The notes: generated by a model from the sequence alone, not told the origin. A DNA stretch of 64,000 bases from Fidelibacterota bacterium (GCA_030746535.1 JASLML010000001.1:368-64367), one strand, 5' to 3'; counted from the stretch's first letter, positions 54,177 to 64,000 are shown. Program-made: numbers and translations.

Positions 54177-55154
54177 TCAGCGGATGACAGTTCCGATACG
54201 GTTCAGTCGTGGTATCCAGCGCTTTATATCCAATGACATGAAAACAAACAATGCTTCACCCAGCATATATTTATGCGGAATAAATCCCCAATATCTGCTA
54301 TCCAGACTATCATCGCGGTTGTCGCCCATCGCCCAGTAATAGTCTTCTGTAAGGACATATTCATTAATTTCGCTTAAAGGCTTTCCATCAATGCGCAGGA
54401 ATTGAAAATCAGAATCCTGCAAGATGCCGGACCAAGGATTCAGTAAAGTTCCCGATTCATCAAATTCGCGGTATTGCCTTAACACTGATTCCTTCTTTCC
54501 TCTTCGTTTTAAATCATATGGATCGGTCAAATCAAATTGAAACCGGACTTCATCTCTTACAAGTTCAGCAGAGTGCCCTTCCATCATCATGATTGGAAGC
54601 AAAAACCTCCAATCAGTATTTTTATTGATCTTGATTACGTCACCTTTTGCCGGTACTCTAATTATGGGATAGTGGTCTTTATTCGCACCGTTTGACAAAA
54701 ATATATCCGGCTGAGTATACGTTTCGGACATCAGCGGCATTTGGAATCTTCCGTTTGCAGGAAGCGTAAATTCCGTCCCGTTCACAAACACCTTCTTTGA
54801 TTTTATTTCAACAAAGTCTCCCGGACCGGCAATGAGCCGTTTAACATATTTTTGATGAACATCCCTTGGGTATTTGAAAATAATAACATCTCCCTGTTCC
54901 GGTTTTCTAAATGCGGGGAAACGGATATAAGGAATGTCGAACCCGATATCGGTCCAAATGATTCCAAGCCAATCGGGAGTGCGCATGCCGTAAACAAATC
55001 TGTTTCCGATCAGGAAATCCCCTGTCATGATTGTATTTTCCATACTGCCGGTCGGTACAATGTAGGATTCCATAACGGTTACTTTTAGCAGTAGCACGAT
55101 GGCCACTAAGATGGCAATGGACTTGACTTCTCTGATGAATTTTTTAATGGTCAC
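54177..55154 (-). CDS. lepB: Signal peptidase I
   Basis: The catalytic Ser box PTGSMENTI, the Lys box KRLIAGPGD, and GDNRDDSLDSRYWGFIP. Confidence 0.9.
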   Translation of the reverse strand: MTIKKFIREVKSIAILVAIVLLLKVTVMESYIVPTGSMENTIMTGDFLIGNRFVYGMRTPDWLGIIWTDIGFDIPYIRFPAFRKPEQGDVIIFKYPRDVHQKYVKRLIAGPGDFVEIKSKKVFVNGTEFTLPANGRFQMPLMSETYTQPDIFLSNGANKDHYPIIRVPAKGDVIKINKNTDWRFLLPIMMMEGHSAELVRDEVRFQFDLTDPYDLKRRGKKESVLRQYREFDESGTLLNPWSGILQDSDFQFLRIDGKPLSEINEYVLTEDYYWAMGDNRDDSLDSRYWGFIPHKYMLGEALFVFMSLDIKRWIPRLNRIGTVIR

Positions 55155-55184
55155 AATAATGTCAAAATTAAACGGAAAACTTAA

Positions 55185-56126
55185 TCAATCCACTCCACGG
55201 AAAAACTCAATTTTTGGTGTTCCAGTTTTGAAGAGTACTGTACAAACATCCAGCCGGATGTTTGTAAAAACAGGTTCCTCCATTTGAATGTAATATTGAA
55301 TAGCGTCTTTCAATTTTTGTTTTTTTATTTCGTCAACTTTAAGGGATAAATCTCCCATTTGTTCCTTTTTCCCGGACTTTACCTCCACAAAAACAAGAGT
55401 GCCCTCCTTTCTCGCAATGATATCGATTTCGCCGTGATGTCCGCAGGTTCTGTTCAGTTCCAATATCCTGTATCCGTTCGATAACATGGATAGTGCTGAA
55501 AATTGTTCTCCGAGGCTGCCGATCCTTTTGCTTTTGGAAATCCACTTCATGGTTGGCAGGTTCGCCTTTACCGGAGCAAATGACTTTCTGTGGATCGGAC
55601 AGGCTTTCTCGGAAGCAAGCGCCTCCATATGCTGCTTCGTTCCGTATCCTTTATTCGTATTAAATCCATATTTCGGGAAGATGACGTGATACTGCTCCAT
55701 AATTCTGTCCCGCGTAACCTTTGCAGTGATGGAAGCAGCCATAATGGATTCTATTTTTGCATCCCCGTCTACGATTCCTTTGTTTGGGATCATTTGTGTT
55801 TTTAACGGATAGCCGTCGATCAGAGCCCGTTTTGGCTTTGTGTGTAATTTCCCTAATGCCATTTTCATCGCTTTGTGTGTGGCTGCAAGAATATTTGTTC
55901 TGTCAATTTCTTTTGAGCTGACAATACCAACAGCTGCATCTTCCGCTTTTTCCATGATTTGCTCAAATGCAGATTCCCTCTTCTTTGCAGTAAGTTTTTT
56001 GGAATCTCCCAATCCTTCAATTCCATGATCTTTTTGCAGTTTTACGGCAGATGCCACAACTGGGCCGGCCAACGGGCCGCGGCCGGCTTCATCCACACCG
56101 GCGATATGTTTTGGATCAATAGCCAT
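55185..56126 (-). CDS. rnhB: Ribonuclease HII fused to a C-terminal YraN (UPF0102) endonuclease-like domain
   Basis: The N-terminal ~190 aa are IAGVDEAGRGPLAGPVV...DSKKL...GYGT..H (RNase HII). The C-terminal ~115 aa are GEQFSALSMLSNGYRILELNRTCGHHGEIDIIARKEGTLVFVEVKSGKK...RLDVCTV (the YraN pattern). Confidence 0.8.
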   Translation of the reverse strand: MAIDPKHIAGVDEAGRGPLAGPVVASAVKLQKDHGIEGLGDSKKLTAKKRESAFEQIMEKAEDAAVGIVSSKEIDRTNILAATHKAMKMALGKLHTKPKRALIDGYPLKTQMIPNKGIVDGDAKIESIMAASITAKVTRDRIMEQYHVIFPKYGFNTNKGYGTKQHMEALASEKACPIHRKSFAPVKANLPTMKWISKSKRIGSLGEQFSALSMLSNGYRILELNRTCGHHGEIDIIARKEGTLVFVEVKSGKKEQMGDLSLKVDEIKKQKLKDAIQYYIQMEEPVFTNIRLDVCTVLFKTGTPKIEFFRGVD

Positions 56127-56198
56127 GTTATTTTGTATTAATTAATTTACTCAGTTGTAAAACTTCAGAAATACATTTTATAATATTTGCCTTAATCA

Positions 56199-58550
56199 CT
56201 ATTTCCACTTCTCCTGCCAGATCCTCTCACCGTCGGATTTGAGCCAAACAGCTTGGCTTAAGTCAGTTCGCAAAACATTCGGGATATCCTTTTTCAGTCT
56301 TTCCATTACAATTGGTGACGGGTGGCTGAATTTATTTTTATCTCCAACAGATACAATAGCCCAATCTGGATCAATTAAACTCAGGAGTTGTTCCGTTGTA
56401 CTCGTGATAGAACCGTGGTGCCCTACCTTCAAAACATCCGCCTGAAGTATGGAATTGTACGGAAGTAAAAAATCATCTCCTTCGTGTTCTAAGTCACCAG
56501 TGAAAAGAAATGAATTTTTCCCATGAATAATTTTCATGACAATACTTGCATTATTTACGTTGGACTGATTTTTTGTAAATGCCGTATCCGGAGCAAAAAT
56601 TTGAATCCACGTTTTATGATCTATTTGCATGCCTTCACTATTGTGAACGGTTCGATATCCGATATTTTTTTCTGTAATCAATTCCAAGATTTGATTATAT
56701 GTCCATGATCCATATTCAAGATGGCTGTCCCAAACAGAATCGATTTTCACAGTTTCCATAACGGATATAAATCCTCCGATATGATCGCTGTGCGGATGGC
56801 TCATCACAGCCCAGTCCAGTTTTTCGATATTGAAATACTTCAACGCAGGAATGATCATATCCGAACCGGAATCCTGCCACCGATTTCTTTGACCTGCATC
56901 TATGAGCATTGTCTTTCCATTTTCGAAACGGATAAGAGCCGCATCTCCCTGTCCGACATCCAGAAAGATGACATCCATCATCGGTTTTTTAAAAATCGGG
57001 ATCCAAACATGCATATTGAGACTGATCAATAATACAACCAGCCCTTTTTTTCTTAGAGTTTTATCCATGATTAATACAAGCGCCAACACACCAAGTGCAT
57101 AAATACAAACTTGATAAAATTGTACAGCGCCCGTTTTGATTATTCCGAATTCCATATTTGCAAAAAATGCAGCCAGAATATCTATGATTCTTCCAAAAAA
57201 CCATGCTGCATCGCCCGCAATGTCACCTACAATTGGAATCCAGCTGAACAATGCGATGATAAATCCTGTAGCCACCAACACGCCAATCAGCGGCACGATG
57301 AATACATTCGCTATCAAAGCAGTAAGAGGAACTTTTCCAAAATAGACAGCAGTAAAGGGAATGGTTCCGATTTGCGCTGACAAAGAAACGAGGAACAGAC
57401 CCCAGATGAATTGTAATGGTTTATTTGAAATATTTGGAACTTTTATCCGTTCCGGAAGCACGCGGTTAAAATAATTGTAGAAAAATACAATAGATATCAC
57501 AGCAGTAAAGCTCAATTGAAATCCCATATCAAAAAGGTAAAATGGGTTCCACATTAAGAGAAAAAGAGCAGCAGCGGCAATCATATTCCAGATATTTGCC
57601 GGGCGATTCATAACGGGAGCAAGCAGATAGAGCATCGCCATCAGCGAAGCCCTTATCACACTCGGCTTTCCACCGGTAAGCATGCAGAACAGCGCCAAAC
57701 CAGTTCCAATGAGTACACGGTCCCATCCCCACGGAATTCTCAAAAGGTTTGCAAAAATGATAAGAATCAGTAGCACATATCCTACATGAAGCCCCGAAAC
57801 AGCTAATACATGCACCACTCCTGTTGCAATAAAATGGTCTTTGATTTCAGGATCAACTTCGCTGCGCACCCCGGTAATAAGTGCAGACATTAATCCTGCA
57901 TACGGCGGTCCAACACGTTGATTAAATACATCTTTCAGATAGCTTCGGATTTGTTCCATTTTATTAAGAATCGAAACACCTGAAAACGTATTTACTCCCG
58001 GGAATACAAATTTATCCTGAAAGATTTTACCTAAGATATTTTTGCGATGATAAAATGACCGAAAATCGAAATCGCCCGGATTCCTTTTTCCTTTTAAAGC
58101 ATTCCATTCACCTTTTCCGCTGACGGTATCTCCAATGAAAGCATCGGGCATTTCACGTGCATAAACATGATAAATAAATGATTCTTCTAAACAGATGTTT
58201 GATTCAACGCTGATATTCCCTAAGGTGACTTTTCTGCCATGCTGTGTTGGCTGATTTTCAAGAACAATTCCCCGATACTGCACATTTTGTTCATCAATTG
58301 AATCCAGTTGCCGTATCAACCGTTCAGATTGGTTTTCCCTCAGTTCAAAATAACCAGATGAGATACAAAATATAGCGGACCAAAAAATACCGATAGTCCA
58401 CGGATTATTTAAAAATGAGAATAAAATCAGCAGACTGAATGCGATGATCGCCAATAAGGCTACAGATAGGTCAAACCAATATGCAAATCCAATACCGAGA
58501 CAAACTGCTGAAGTAATAAATACAAGAGGTATCCTACGAAAAAAATCCAT
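56199..58550 (-). CDS. comEC: DNA internalization-related competence protein ComEC/Rec2
   Basis: Polytopic competence domain (VVHVLAVSGLHVG) plus a C-terminal metallo-beta-lactamase domain (FLDVGQGDA, SHPHSDHIGG, VGHHGS). Confidence 0.85.
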   Translation of the reverse strand: MDFFRRIPLVFITSAVCLGIGFAYWFDLSVALLAIIAFSLLILFSFLNNPWTIGIFWSAIFCISSGYFELRENQSERLIRQLDSIDEQNVQYRGIVLENQPTQHGRKVTLGNISVESNICLEESFIYHVYAREMPDAFIGDTVSGKGEWNALKGKRNPGDFDFRSFYHRKNILGKIFQDKFVFPGVNTFSGVSILNKMEQIRSYLKDVFNQRVGPPYAGLMSALITGVRSEVDPEIKDHFIATGVVHVLAVSGLHVGYVLLILIIFANLLRIPWGWDRVLIGTGLALFCMLTGGKPSVIRASLMAMLYLLAPVMNRPANIWNMIAAAALFLLMWNPFYLFDMGFQLSFTAVISIVFFYNYFNRVLPERIKVPNISNKPLQFIWGLFLVSLSAQIGTIPFTAVYFGKVPLTALIANVFIVPLIGVLVATGFIIALFSWIPIVGDIAGDAAWFFGRIIDILAAFFANMEFGIIKTGAVQFYQVCIYALGVLALVLIMDKTLRKKGLVVLLISLNMHVWIPIFKKPMMDVIFLDVGQGDAALIRFENGKTMLIDAGQRNRWQDSGSDMIIPALKYFNIEKLDWAVMSHPHSDHIGGFISVMETVKIDSVWDSHLEYGSWTYNQILELITEKNIGYRTVHNSEGMQIDHKTWIQIFAPDTAFTKNQSNVNNASIVMKIIHGKNSFLFTGDLEHEGDDFLLPYNSILQADVLKVGHHGSITSTTEQLLSLIDPDWAIVSVGDKNKFSHPSPIVMERLKKDIPNVLRTDLSQAVWLKSDGERIWQEKWK

Positions 58551-58656
58551 GACATAAGATTAATACTTCGCGAGATTAACTGCAATTCCAAATTGCGCCT
58601 CTCCCCTTCGGCTCGTAAACTTCCCTTCAATTTTTCAATCCTTTTAGGGAATTATT

Positions 58657-60234
58657 ATGAATCGTTCTACATCCGGGCTCATCGCCTTTGGAATTATCTT
58701 TGGCTTACTTGCCGCATTCGGAGTGCATCTCTATGAAGGTGTTTGGAGTTTTCCATCTTTTTCACCAATCCCACTTATGGTTATCGCTCTTGTAGGCACC
58801 GGAATCTATTCCACGATCCGGCTAGGCTGGCCGCAAATAAAATATCTTCGACACGGAATCAATGTTACTAGAGGTATTTATGACAATCCTGATGATGAAG
58901 GCGATTTAAATCATTTTCGTGCGCTGACCACCGCACTTTCCGCTACCGTAGGAATCGGAAATATTGCCGGTGTTGCAACGGCGATTTATTATGGAGGTCC
59001 CGGTGCAATTTTCTGGATGTGGGTAACGGCCTTTTTCGGTACCACACTTAAATATGCAGAATGCACCCTGTCTTTGAAATACAGGGAAATGGACGATCAA
59101 GGTTTTACCGCCGGCGGACCGATGTATACCATTGAAAACGGGATGGGAAGGCAGTGGCGCTGGCTTGCAGTCGCGTTTGCAGCATTCGCGATAATCTGCT
59201 CATTTGCGACCGGAAACGCCATTCAATCTTTTACAGTTTCTGATCAAATCTACTCTGAAATGAATCAGATCCTTGCACCTGGTCATATTCTGATGACAAA
59301 ACATGTTCTTTTTGAGGGCTTTGCGGTATCACTTCAGCAGGTCATTAACGGAATTGTTATGGCAATAATTGTCGCTCTTGTGATTATTGGCGGTATCAAA
59401 AGGATCGGCCATGTAACCGGCTATCTGGCACCTATTATGGCTCTTATTTACGTCTCCGCAGCGTCACTAATTATCCTTTCTAATATTGATAAAATTACTG
59501 AAAGTTTTATGTTGATCTTTCAAATGGCCTTCAATCCTCCCGCTGCGGTAGCCGGAACTGGCGGTGGAATATTGATGACCATGCTATGGGGGATTAAACG
59601 TGGGCTTTATTCCAACGAAGCAGGTCAAGGAAGTGCCGCAATTGCACATTCGACTGCAAAAACAAAATACCCGGTTCGCGAAGGAGCTGTTGCTATGCTT
59701 GGCCCCTTTATTGATACACTTATAATATGTACTCTTACCGCTTTGGTAATTATAACTACCGGCGCATGGATGCATACAGAATTTTTCGTAAATATCAGCG
59801 CAGAAAACAAAGCTGTGGCAGATGCAGCGATTGCAGCCAAAATATTTGAAGGAAGGGAATTATTCAACAGCAGTTTGCTGACATCCTTCGCATTTAAAGA
59901 AGGACTGGGTTGGTTATTTTCCTACGGCGACAAAATAGTTACACTTTCCGTCCTTCTCTTTGCCATTTCAACAGCAATTAGTTGGTCGTTCTATGGTGAC
60001 AGATCAACCGAATATTTATTCGGAAGCAAGGCAATTAAGCCTTATCGATGGATTTATGTTATATTTGTATTTCTCGGCGGCATTGCCAGCCTAGAAGCCG
60101 TGTGGGCATTTGGGGATGCCGCTCTGGGTATTATGACATTTCCTAATTTAATTTCGATCATCTTTCTATCAGGTGCATTGAAAAAAATGACCGGTGAATA
60201 TTTCTCTCTGCAACACGAACCCTATAAAAAATAA
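58657..60234 (+). CDS. Sodium:alanine (alanine/glycine:cation) symporter family protein
   Basis: FRALTTALSATVGIGNIAGVATAIYYGGPGAIFWMWV and SNEAGQGSAAIAHS are AGCS family signatures. Confidence 0.85.
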   Translation: MNRSTSGLIAFGIIFGLLAAFGVHLYEGVWSFPSFSPIPLMVIALVGTGIYSTIRLGWPQIKYLRHGINVTRGIYDNPDDEGDLNHFRALTTALSATVGIGNIAGVATAIYYGGPGAIFWMWVTAFFGTTLKYAECTLSLKYREMDDQGFTAGGPMYTIENGMGRQWRWLAVAFAAFAIICSFATGNAIQSFTVSDQIYSEMNQILAPGHILMTKHVLFEGFAVSLQQVINGIVMAIIVALVIIGGIKRIGHVTGYLAPIMALIYVSAASLIILSNIDKITESFMLIFQMAFNPPAAVAGTGGGILMTMLWGIKRGLYSNEAGQGSAAIAHSTAKTKYPVREGAVAMLGPFIDTLIICTLTALVIITTGAWMHTEFFVNISAENKAVADAAIAAKIFEGRELFNSSLLTSFAFKEGLGWLFSYGDKIVTLSVLLFAISTAISWSFYGDRSTEYLFGSKAIKPYRWIYVIFVFLGGIASLEAVWAFGDAALGIMTFPNLISIIFLSGALKKMTGEYFSLQHEPYKK

Positions 60235-60235
60235 T

Positions 60236-61039
60236 ATGTTGAATGACCTTCTTAAGGTCGCTGAAAACGCAGCGCAGACAGCTGCAAAATACATCCTAGC
60301 TGAAGATTTGTCCTTGATACAAAAAAAGGGCAGAACCGATCTTGTTACAAATATTGATACTGCTTCAGAGAAGATCATTTGCGATATACTGATTAAGGAA
60401 ACACCGGAATTCGGTATCCTTGCAGAAGAACGTTCAAAAATAAATCTAGATGCTGAATATATTTGGGTGATTGATCCGCTTGACGGAACGACGAATTTCG
60501 TCCACGGTTATCCGTCTTACGGTGTATCGGTAGGCTGCATGCAAAATAATGAGCCTGTACTTGGTGTTGTTATGGAGCTTCCGGCAGTGAATTTGTATTC
60601 AGCGGTAAAAGGAAACGGTGCATATTGCAACGAAGAGAAAATATCTGTTTCTGATACGGACTCTATTGAGAATGGACTATTTGTGACAGGTTTCGGATAT
60701 GATCATGATGAAGCATGGGAAGCCAATATGAATCTTTTCAAAATGTTTACGGATAAGTCCCAAGGCGTTCGCAGGCTCGGTGCGGCCTCAGTAGATTTGT
60801 GTCATGTTGCAAGCGGAAAAGTGGACGGTTTCTGGGAATTTGATCTTCATCCGTGGGACACGGCCGCAGGGTTTGTTATTGTTCGGGAAGCGGGCGGAAT
60901 GGTAACCCAAATGGACCAAAGCTCTTTCAGTATTTTTGATAAAAATATTTTAGTGTCTAACAGAATAATGCACGATTCCATGGCTATGCAAATGAGTCTA
61001 GTATTGGATAATCTCCGAAAATCCGGAGTCAATGTATAG
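60236..61039 (+). CDS. suhB: Inositol monophosphatase family protein
   Basis: ILAEE, WVIDPLDGTTNFVHG and WDTAAG motifs. The start is set at ATG 60236, 1 nt after the symporter stop. Confidence 0.85.
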   Translation: MLNDLLKVAENAAQTAAKYILAEDLSLIQKKGRTDLVTNIDTASEKIICDILIKETPEFGILAEERSKINLDAEYIWVIDPLDGTTNFVHGYPSYGVSVGCMQNNEPVLGVVMELPAVNLYSAVKGNGAYCNEEKISVSDTDSIENGLFVTGFGYDHDEAWEANMNLFKMFTDKSQGVRRLGAASVDLCHVASGKVDGFWEFDLHPWDTAAGFVIVREAGGMVTQMDQSSFSIFDKNILVSNRIMHDSMAMQMSLVLDNLRKSGVNV

Positions 61040-61040
61040 A

Positions 61041-63998
61041 TTAACGCAGAAGAATCATTTTTCGAGATAACAGTTCATAATCGTAAATAATCTGAATAAA
61101 ATAAATGCCGGCACTAGCTTTGGTACCATTATCATTCTTGCTGTCCCAGTATATTGTTTTATAGCCTGCCGTTTCATTACGCGAAACAAGAGTTCGTACT
61201 CTTTGACCAAGTACATCAATAACAATTATCGATACAAATCCGTCTTCGGGAAGATCATATCGGATATATGTAATCGGATTGAATGGATTGGGATAATTCT
61301 GTTGAAGGGCAAACTTTTCTGGAATGAGATCAGATGAATAAACCCCCATTTCACCTACAACAAAACTCCATGTTTCTCCACCGTTTGATTCTGAAATATT
61401 ACCATCAGTATCTGTTGCTTTGACCAGCCAATAATATTGCGAATTATCATTCAGTAAAAGCGATATGGTTGTATCTGTAATATTTTGAACTTGCATATGT
61501 GTACTTATGTCATTCCAGTCCGTTGCATAAATAACTGTATAGGTTACGGTATCGACAGGATCGGGATCATGTGCTTTATTCCAGGTTAGAGTAGCGGATG
61601 TGTCCAGCTCTGTTGCTCCATCAATTGGTAATACAGGATTAAAATCTAAAGGAGATTCTTCCGTTATATTTATGTAGAATTTTTGAAATCCGTTATTATT
61701 TGATGTGGATACATTGTTCGGATCGGAAGCTACAATTTTCCACCAGTATCTAGAATTTTCTACTAATTCGGTCACAGTAAAAGCAGTGTCGGTAGCAGCA
61801 TCATAAGAATTAGCCTGCAATGAATCTGTTCCTAGAAAAAGCGTATAGCTTACCAAATCATCATCTGGGTCAATGGCAGTGTTCCACAAAAAAGAAACTT
61901 CAGCTGTTGCAAATTCTTCATTAGCTGCTGGTGCAATAGTAGCAAATGCGGAAGGAGCTGAACTCATATCTGCAAAGCCTTGGGATGAAAATAGGCCTCT
62001 GCCGTGTGTGGCAGCTATCACAAGATAATCAGATTCCCTGATCTGCAGCATATCAGTCCGTACATTAGCAAGACCGCTGTTGGAAGCTGTCCAGTTCGGG
62101 CTGGAGTCATCAAAATTTTCTGTAGACCAAACTCCAACTTCAGTAGCTAAAATAACTTGCGTCCTATCATTGGGATTGTAGAGTGCCCAGCGCACAGGCA
62201 TATCAGGCAGATTGCCTTCTTTATTAGACCAGCTACTTCCGCCGTTCTCCGTTTCCCACACCGAAGTGACTCCATAATTTGAAAAAGTAACTAAAATATG
62301 GTTTTCATCGGTACCCAACTCTATGCAGGAAATATAGGCCCAAGGCATACTGGTGCCCGTAATGTCTGTGGAACTGACTGAATCTGAATGCGCATTGGTT
62401 AATTTGAATATCCTGCCGGAGCCAGTACCCACAAAGATGGTATTATCTGAAAACGGTGAAGCACGAATGTGAGATGCAGTTGACCCCAGGCTTAGTCCAG
62501 AAACAGTTCCTTCAGTATAATTTCCAGTAATATCTTGAATTTTCTTCAATGAATTTTCATTCACAGCAGAATACAGAATGTTGGAGTCATCATCATAATC
62601 AGCTGGATTAATAAACCGTCCTGAATTGTCGTTTGAAAGATAATAAAAATTGTTGCCTCCATTTGTACTTATGTAATAATTATTATACACGTAAGAAGTG
62701 ATCTGATAGTCAGGGTCAGATTGATCAATGAAACAAAAAGCTCCATCTCCTCCTGTTACTTCTACTGTAGATACAATTCCGGAAGCATTTGAAAACTGAT
62801 GGGATCCATTATCTTGGGAACCAGCCAAAAAATAATTGCTACCTGCAGTGGGGTGTATTGCACATGCATAGAATTGGGTTACGTTATATCCAGAATTTTT
62901 TTCATCGTATGTCGAACCGGCATCTTCTGAAACATGAATTCCACCATCATTTGAAAAAACAATAAAATCAGAATTATTCGGCCGAAATGCCATACTATGC
63001 TGGTCTGCGTGGACATAGGGTAAGCCGAAGCCGCCGTACCAATGCGAAACCTGTGTCCATGATGTCCCGGAATTGGTTGATTTATACAAATCAATGCCTC
63101 CTGCATAAACGGTGTTTGCATCAACGGGGCTTACAGCCAAAATTAAATCATACCACCCCTGACCTCTGGTGAAATGGACTCCGCTTGTATTATTTGGAAT
63201 ATCTACGGCTGTCCACGAGGCACCTCCATCCGATGATGTAATAAAGAATTCTATATCATTGTCTTGATTGCTACCATTATCTGCAATCGCGTATAGTACA
63301 TCCTCGTTAGAAGGTGCAACAGCAATTTCAATTCTGGTAAATCCTGATGTAGGGAAACCATTGGAACCGGTATTGATCTGGTCCCAGTTGGTGCCGTTTG
63401 TGCTTTTATATACACCACCCGCATAAAATATACTCATTGCAGCATAGATGGTATTATCAGCACCAATTTCCAAATCGGAGCAGCGTGAAGCCTGCGAATC
63501 CGATAAAACACGAGACCAGGAGGAACCTCCATCAGTGGAACGGTAAACGCCGCCCTCTCCCCAGTCATTTCCGCGCGTACCGGCATATACATCTCCGGTA
63601 GTTGGATGAACAACAATTTTTTGGACATAATAAAATTCATCATTGTCAATTGTAGAAGAAAGCAGTGACCAAGTGTTTCCACCATCTGTTGTTTTCCAGA
63701 TTCCGCCCCCTCTTACAGCGCCTATATTATACCATCCCTCACCGGTGCCTACGTAATAGATATCTGTATTTGTAGGATCATATGCAATGGTTGTAACAGC
63801 AATATTTGCCCAAAAGTCGTTGATCTGATTCCAGACAGGACTGTCTGCTGTAATATCATCGGTATACCACAATCCGCCTGCGACACCGCCTGCCCAAAAT
63901 TTCTTATAAGTGGCGTCGTTAGGATCAAACATAATTGCCCGTGTTCTTCCACCTACATTATCGGGTCCGTGCTCAGTCCAGTCCACAGTTCTTTGGTT
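61041..63998 (-). CDS. Large secreted BNR/Asp-box (sortilin/VPS10-like beta-propeller) protein with Ig/FN3-like modules and T9SS C-terminal sorting domain; 5'-partial
   Basis: The frame is open to the window edge. Repeated Asp-boxes (TTDGGNTWS, STDGGSSWS, SSDGGASWT, STNSGTSWT, TENGGSSWS). C-terminus NYPNPFNPITYIRYDLP...AGIYFIQI. Confidence 0.8.
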   Translation of the reverse strand, partial: NQRTVDWTEHGPDNVGGRTRAIMFDPNDATYKKFWAGGVAGGLWYTDDITADSPVWNQINDFWANIAVTTIAYDPTNTDIYYVGTGEGWYNIGAVRGGGIWKTTDGGNTWSLLSSTIDNDEFYYVQKIVVHPTTGDVYAGTRGNDWGEGGVYRSTDGGSSWSRVLSDSQASRCSDLEIGADNTIYAAMSIFYAGGVYKSTNGTNWDQINTGSNGFPTSGFTRIEIAVAPSNEDVLYAIADNGSNQDNDIEFFITSSDGGASWTAVDIPNNTSGVHFTRGQGWYDLILAVSPVDANTVYAGGIDLYKSTNSGTSWTQVSHWYGGFGLPYVHADQHSMAFRPNNSDFIVFSNDGGIHVSEDAGSTYDEKNSGYNVTQFYACAIHPTAGSNYFLAGSQDNGSHQFSNASGIVSTVEVTGGDGAFCFIDQSDPDYQITSYVYNNYYISTNGGNNFYYLSNDNSGRFINPADYDDDSNILYSAVNENSLKKIQDITGNYTEGTVSGLSLGSTASHIRASPFSDNTIFVGTGSGRIFKLTNAHSDSVSSTDITGTSMPWAYISCIELGTDENHILVTFSNYGVTSVWETENGGSSWSNKEGNLPDMPVRWALYNPNDRTQVILATEVGVWSTENFDDSSPNWTASNSGLANVRTDMLQIRESDYLVIAATHGRGLFSSQGFADMSSAPSAFATIAPAANEEFATAEVSFLWNTAIDPDDDLVSYTLFLGTDSLQANSYDAATDTAFTVTELVENSRYWWKIVASDPNNVSTSNNNGFQKFYINITEESPLDFNPVLPIDGATELDTSATLTWNKAHDPDPVDTVTYTVIYATDWNDISTHMQVQNITDTTISLLLNDNSQYYWLVKATDTDGNISESNGGETWSFVVGEMGVYSSDLIPEKFALQQNYPNPFNPITYIRYDLPEDGFVSIIVIDVLGQRVRTLVSRNETAGYKTIYWDSKNDNGTKASAGIYFIQIIYDYELLSRKMILLR

Positions 63999-64000
63999 TC

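Noticed and set aside
58599-58611. CTCTCCCCTTCGG (reverse complement CCGAAGGGGAGAG) in the comEC/alanine-symporter divergent spacer. It is reminiscent of the ACCGAAGGGGCAA core of glycine riboswitches, which often precede Na+:alanine/glycine symporters.
   Set aside because: The resemblance is on the wrong strand for the symporter. The spacer is only ~105 nt, and I cannot find the other conserved aptamer elements (GGAGAG...CTCTGGAGA). An Infernal scan with RF00504 would settle it.
1-64000. A search for CRISPR arrays, IS elements/transposases, integrases, phage genes, toxin-antitoxin pairs, restriction-modification systems or other recognisable defence islands.
   Set aside because: I saw no regularly spaced direct repeats, no terminal inverted repeats flanking ORFs, and no integrase, transposase or nuclease-helicase type proteins in the translations. 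tRNA genes are not followed by foreign-looking DNA. The window reads as core chromosome.

Overview
Gene-dense bacterial chromosomal segment with almost no intergenic space and no sign of a mobile element, prophage, CRISPR array or rRNA operon. It looks moderately AT-rich by eye, and most gene starts have clear AGGAG-type Shine-Dalgarno sites. Two secreted proteins end in the type IX secretion (T9SS) C-terminal sorting domain (NYPNPFNP...). That suggests an FCB-superphylum-like, probably uncultured lineage, but this is inference only. Most of the window is housekeeping. On the + strand: pyrK-pyrD, rlpA, a lipid kinase, cdsA, rsmI, tmk, an S41 protease, thrS-infC-rpmI-rplT-pheS-pheT-zapA-folD, cutA and an RCK K+ channel. 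On the - strand: leuS, a very compact rimP-nusA-infB-rbfA-truB-ribF-rpsO-pnp string, lepB, an rnhB-yraN fusion and comEC. Six singleton tRNA genes are scattered through the window: Val-GAC, Arg-CCG, Pro-CGG, Pro-GGG, Arg-CCT and Leu-CAA. The most unusual region is 10443-18002. It is a tightly packed eight-gene module that matches no described pathway or transporter I know. It encodes a GlmL/MutL-like ASKHA (actin/Hsp70-fold) ATPase with no B12 mutase partner, a barrel-sandwich-hybrid protein, a small hydrophobic protein, four membrane proteins with no family I recognise, and an orphan OppD/DppD-type ABC ATPase coupled by a TAATG overlap. Lipid genes (lipid kinase, cdsA) lie directly upstream and a lysine-catabolic pair (ALDH7-type dehydrogenase plus lysine 6-aminotransferase) lies directly downstream. 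Secondary points are an RNase HII-YraN fusion, a K+ channel with a TVGFSE filter, a non-AUG infC start, a Gly/His-rich T9SS cargo protein, a four-gene hypothetical envelope module after lepB, and a possible small RNA after tRNA-Leu. All family calls rest on motif recognition from the translations. No database search was run.
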